DNA of 64,000 nt, taken from Anolis carolinensis. Taxonomy: Eukaryota. A program made the translations under genes and the position numbers. A model generated the notes under the pieces. It was not told the DNA's origin and made no database searches. It saw only the letters and a program-made list of their open reading frames with translations. The DNA lies in assembly GCF_035594765.1 (NCBI RefSeq), contig NW_026943824.1, forward strand, positions 1,126,050 to 1,190,049, read 5' to 3'. Position 1 is the first letter of the stretch; every line of letters begins with the position of its first letter. Below, in pieces: positions 62,446 to 64,000 of this stretch.

Positions 62446-64000
62446 TCCGAAAAGAATAATAATAATAATTATTATTATTATTATTATTATTATTACCCAT
62501 GGTTGACATGGTAATGTCTCTATCCTGACTCAGAGATAAATCTGTCTTTAGCCTTATATGGTGCTGTCCCATCGCTCTTGGTGAGCATTTCCTCTTCCTC
62601 TTCTATAGACATTTATGGCACCAGTTTGTTTGTTTTTTTGAGCAGAACAGTCTGAGGATGCCTGCCATAGATGTGGGTAAAACGTCAGGAGAGAATGCTT
62701 CTGGAACATGGCAGAGTGACAACAACCCAGTTTTGCGAAGCCTGGTTTAGAGATGTGGGTTGAAATGACAACAATATGAGAATAATAAGTGTATTCTAAT
62801 AGTGTGGAGCCTGGGATCCTTCCCGGATTGCTCAAGTGTTCTGATGCTTAAGCAGCACACAAACATATTTATTTGCACACCTTTGGAGCGAGCCGTGATC
62901 TCGCCCGGAAACCGAACGTTGTGGGTCTGGAGAAACTGAGTTGGACACGTCACCAATGTAGAAGGGAAAAAAAAGTGTTTCAAAGACACTCCCGAGAAAA
63001 CACCAAGCCTCACATTCCAAGCTTTGGAAAAAGTCCTGCCTTCGGTTTTACAAGCAACGGGAGGCTTTTGCTGGGCGTAGTTTTGGGAAAAAAGCAAGAG
63101 TAGGAAGTTTGCGGAATAGTTGCACATTTCAGAGAAAGCCAAGGAAGTTAGTGGAATGTTGCATATTCCAGTGTCATGACAGCTCGCACAGAAATAAATC
63201 CGGATGCCATAGACTTCTTTCTCCCCTTGGACCCAGCCCAACTCTAGGTGTATCTACACTGTGCAGTTAATGCAGTTTGGCACCACTTTAATGACTCAAT
63301 GCTATGGGATCCTGGGAGAGCTGAAGCAACAACAACTTTATTTTTATACCCCGCCTCCATCTCCCCGCGGGGACTCGGGGCGGCTAACATGGGGCCAAGC
63401 CCAAACTTCCACAATAAACAACTATTAAAAATGCATTCACTATAAAACATCATTAACGTTTAATAGCAATCCAGGAAAGACCCCAGGCTCCATGGGATTA
63501 GAATATACTTATCATTCTCATATTCCTATTGTCATTTCAAGCCCAGATCTCGTATTTCTATTGTTGTCAAAACAACAAATTAACCGCAATATAATGGTGA
63601 GCAAAACCACCGCCTAAGAACAAGATAATAAAAAGGCTGGGCAGTGGTGCAAAGGGCATGAATTAAAATCTAATGAGGTAGAGAAAAGTAATATAAAAAG
63701 GAGAATTTAAGATGAAATGAACAAGGAGTGGCCCAGAACCAGTAAGCCTTAGTTAATCCAATTACACAACCTGAGAAGTGTAATTAAGCAAGCAAGTCAC
63801 ACACTCTCAGCCTCAGAGGAAAGTCATGCCAAACCTTTTCCTTGACGGGAGTTATAGTTCACCTGTATCCAGAGAAACTGGGACCCCCACCGACAATGGA
63901 TCGGGACCACACGTGGCACGGAGATGCCCCATGATGAACTGAACATACTGCCGGGGTTTGGGGGAAACGAACTGGATTTTTGGGAGTAGTAGTTCACCTA

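Overview
Vertebrate nuclear DNA from a squamate reptile, probably an Anolis-type lizard. This is inferred from the Sauria-SINE, Penelope, CR1 and R4 repeat content and the abundant (TAA)n. The window opens with a 6.5-kb array of a palindrome-rich 41-bp satellite. It then carries the conserved housekeeping block ATP5MF(+), CPSF4(-), PTCD1(+), BUD31(-), PDAP1(+), ARPC1B(-). I assembled all coding exons by hand into open, full-length frames of 89, 269, 709, 144, 182 and 369 aa. ATP5MF intron 3 holds an apparently intact, young, full-length 7.07-kb CR1 LINE in antisense. The strongest unexplained signal is in that element. ORF1 ends in a correctly phased U-UUA-AAC heptamer directly before its stop, ORF2 lies in the -1 frame, and the first conserved endonuclease motif of ORF2 lies upstream of its first AUG. 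Together these point to virus-style -1 ribosomal frameshifting. The element's 5'UTR is an AUG-free array of 8.4 x 316-bp monomers. Introns also contain Penelope-derived minimal hammerhead-ribozyme motifs (three in sense in CPSF4 intron 1), nested DNA transposons and Helitrons, and several minisatellites built from retrotransposon 3' ends plus (TAA)n. All calls come from reading the sequence; no searches were run.
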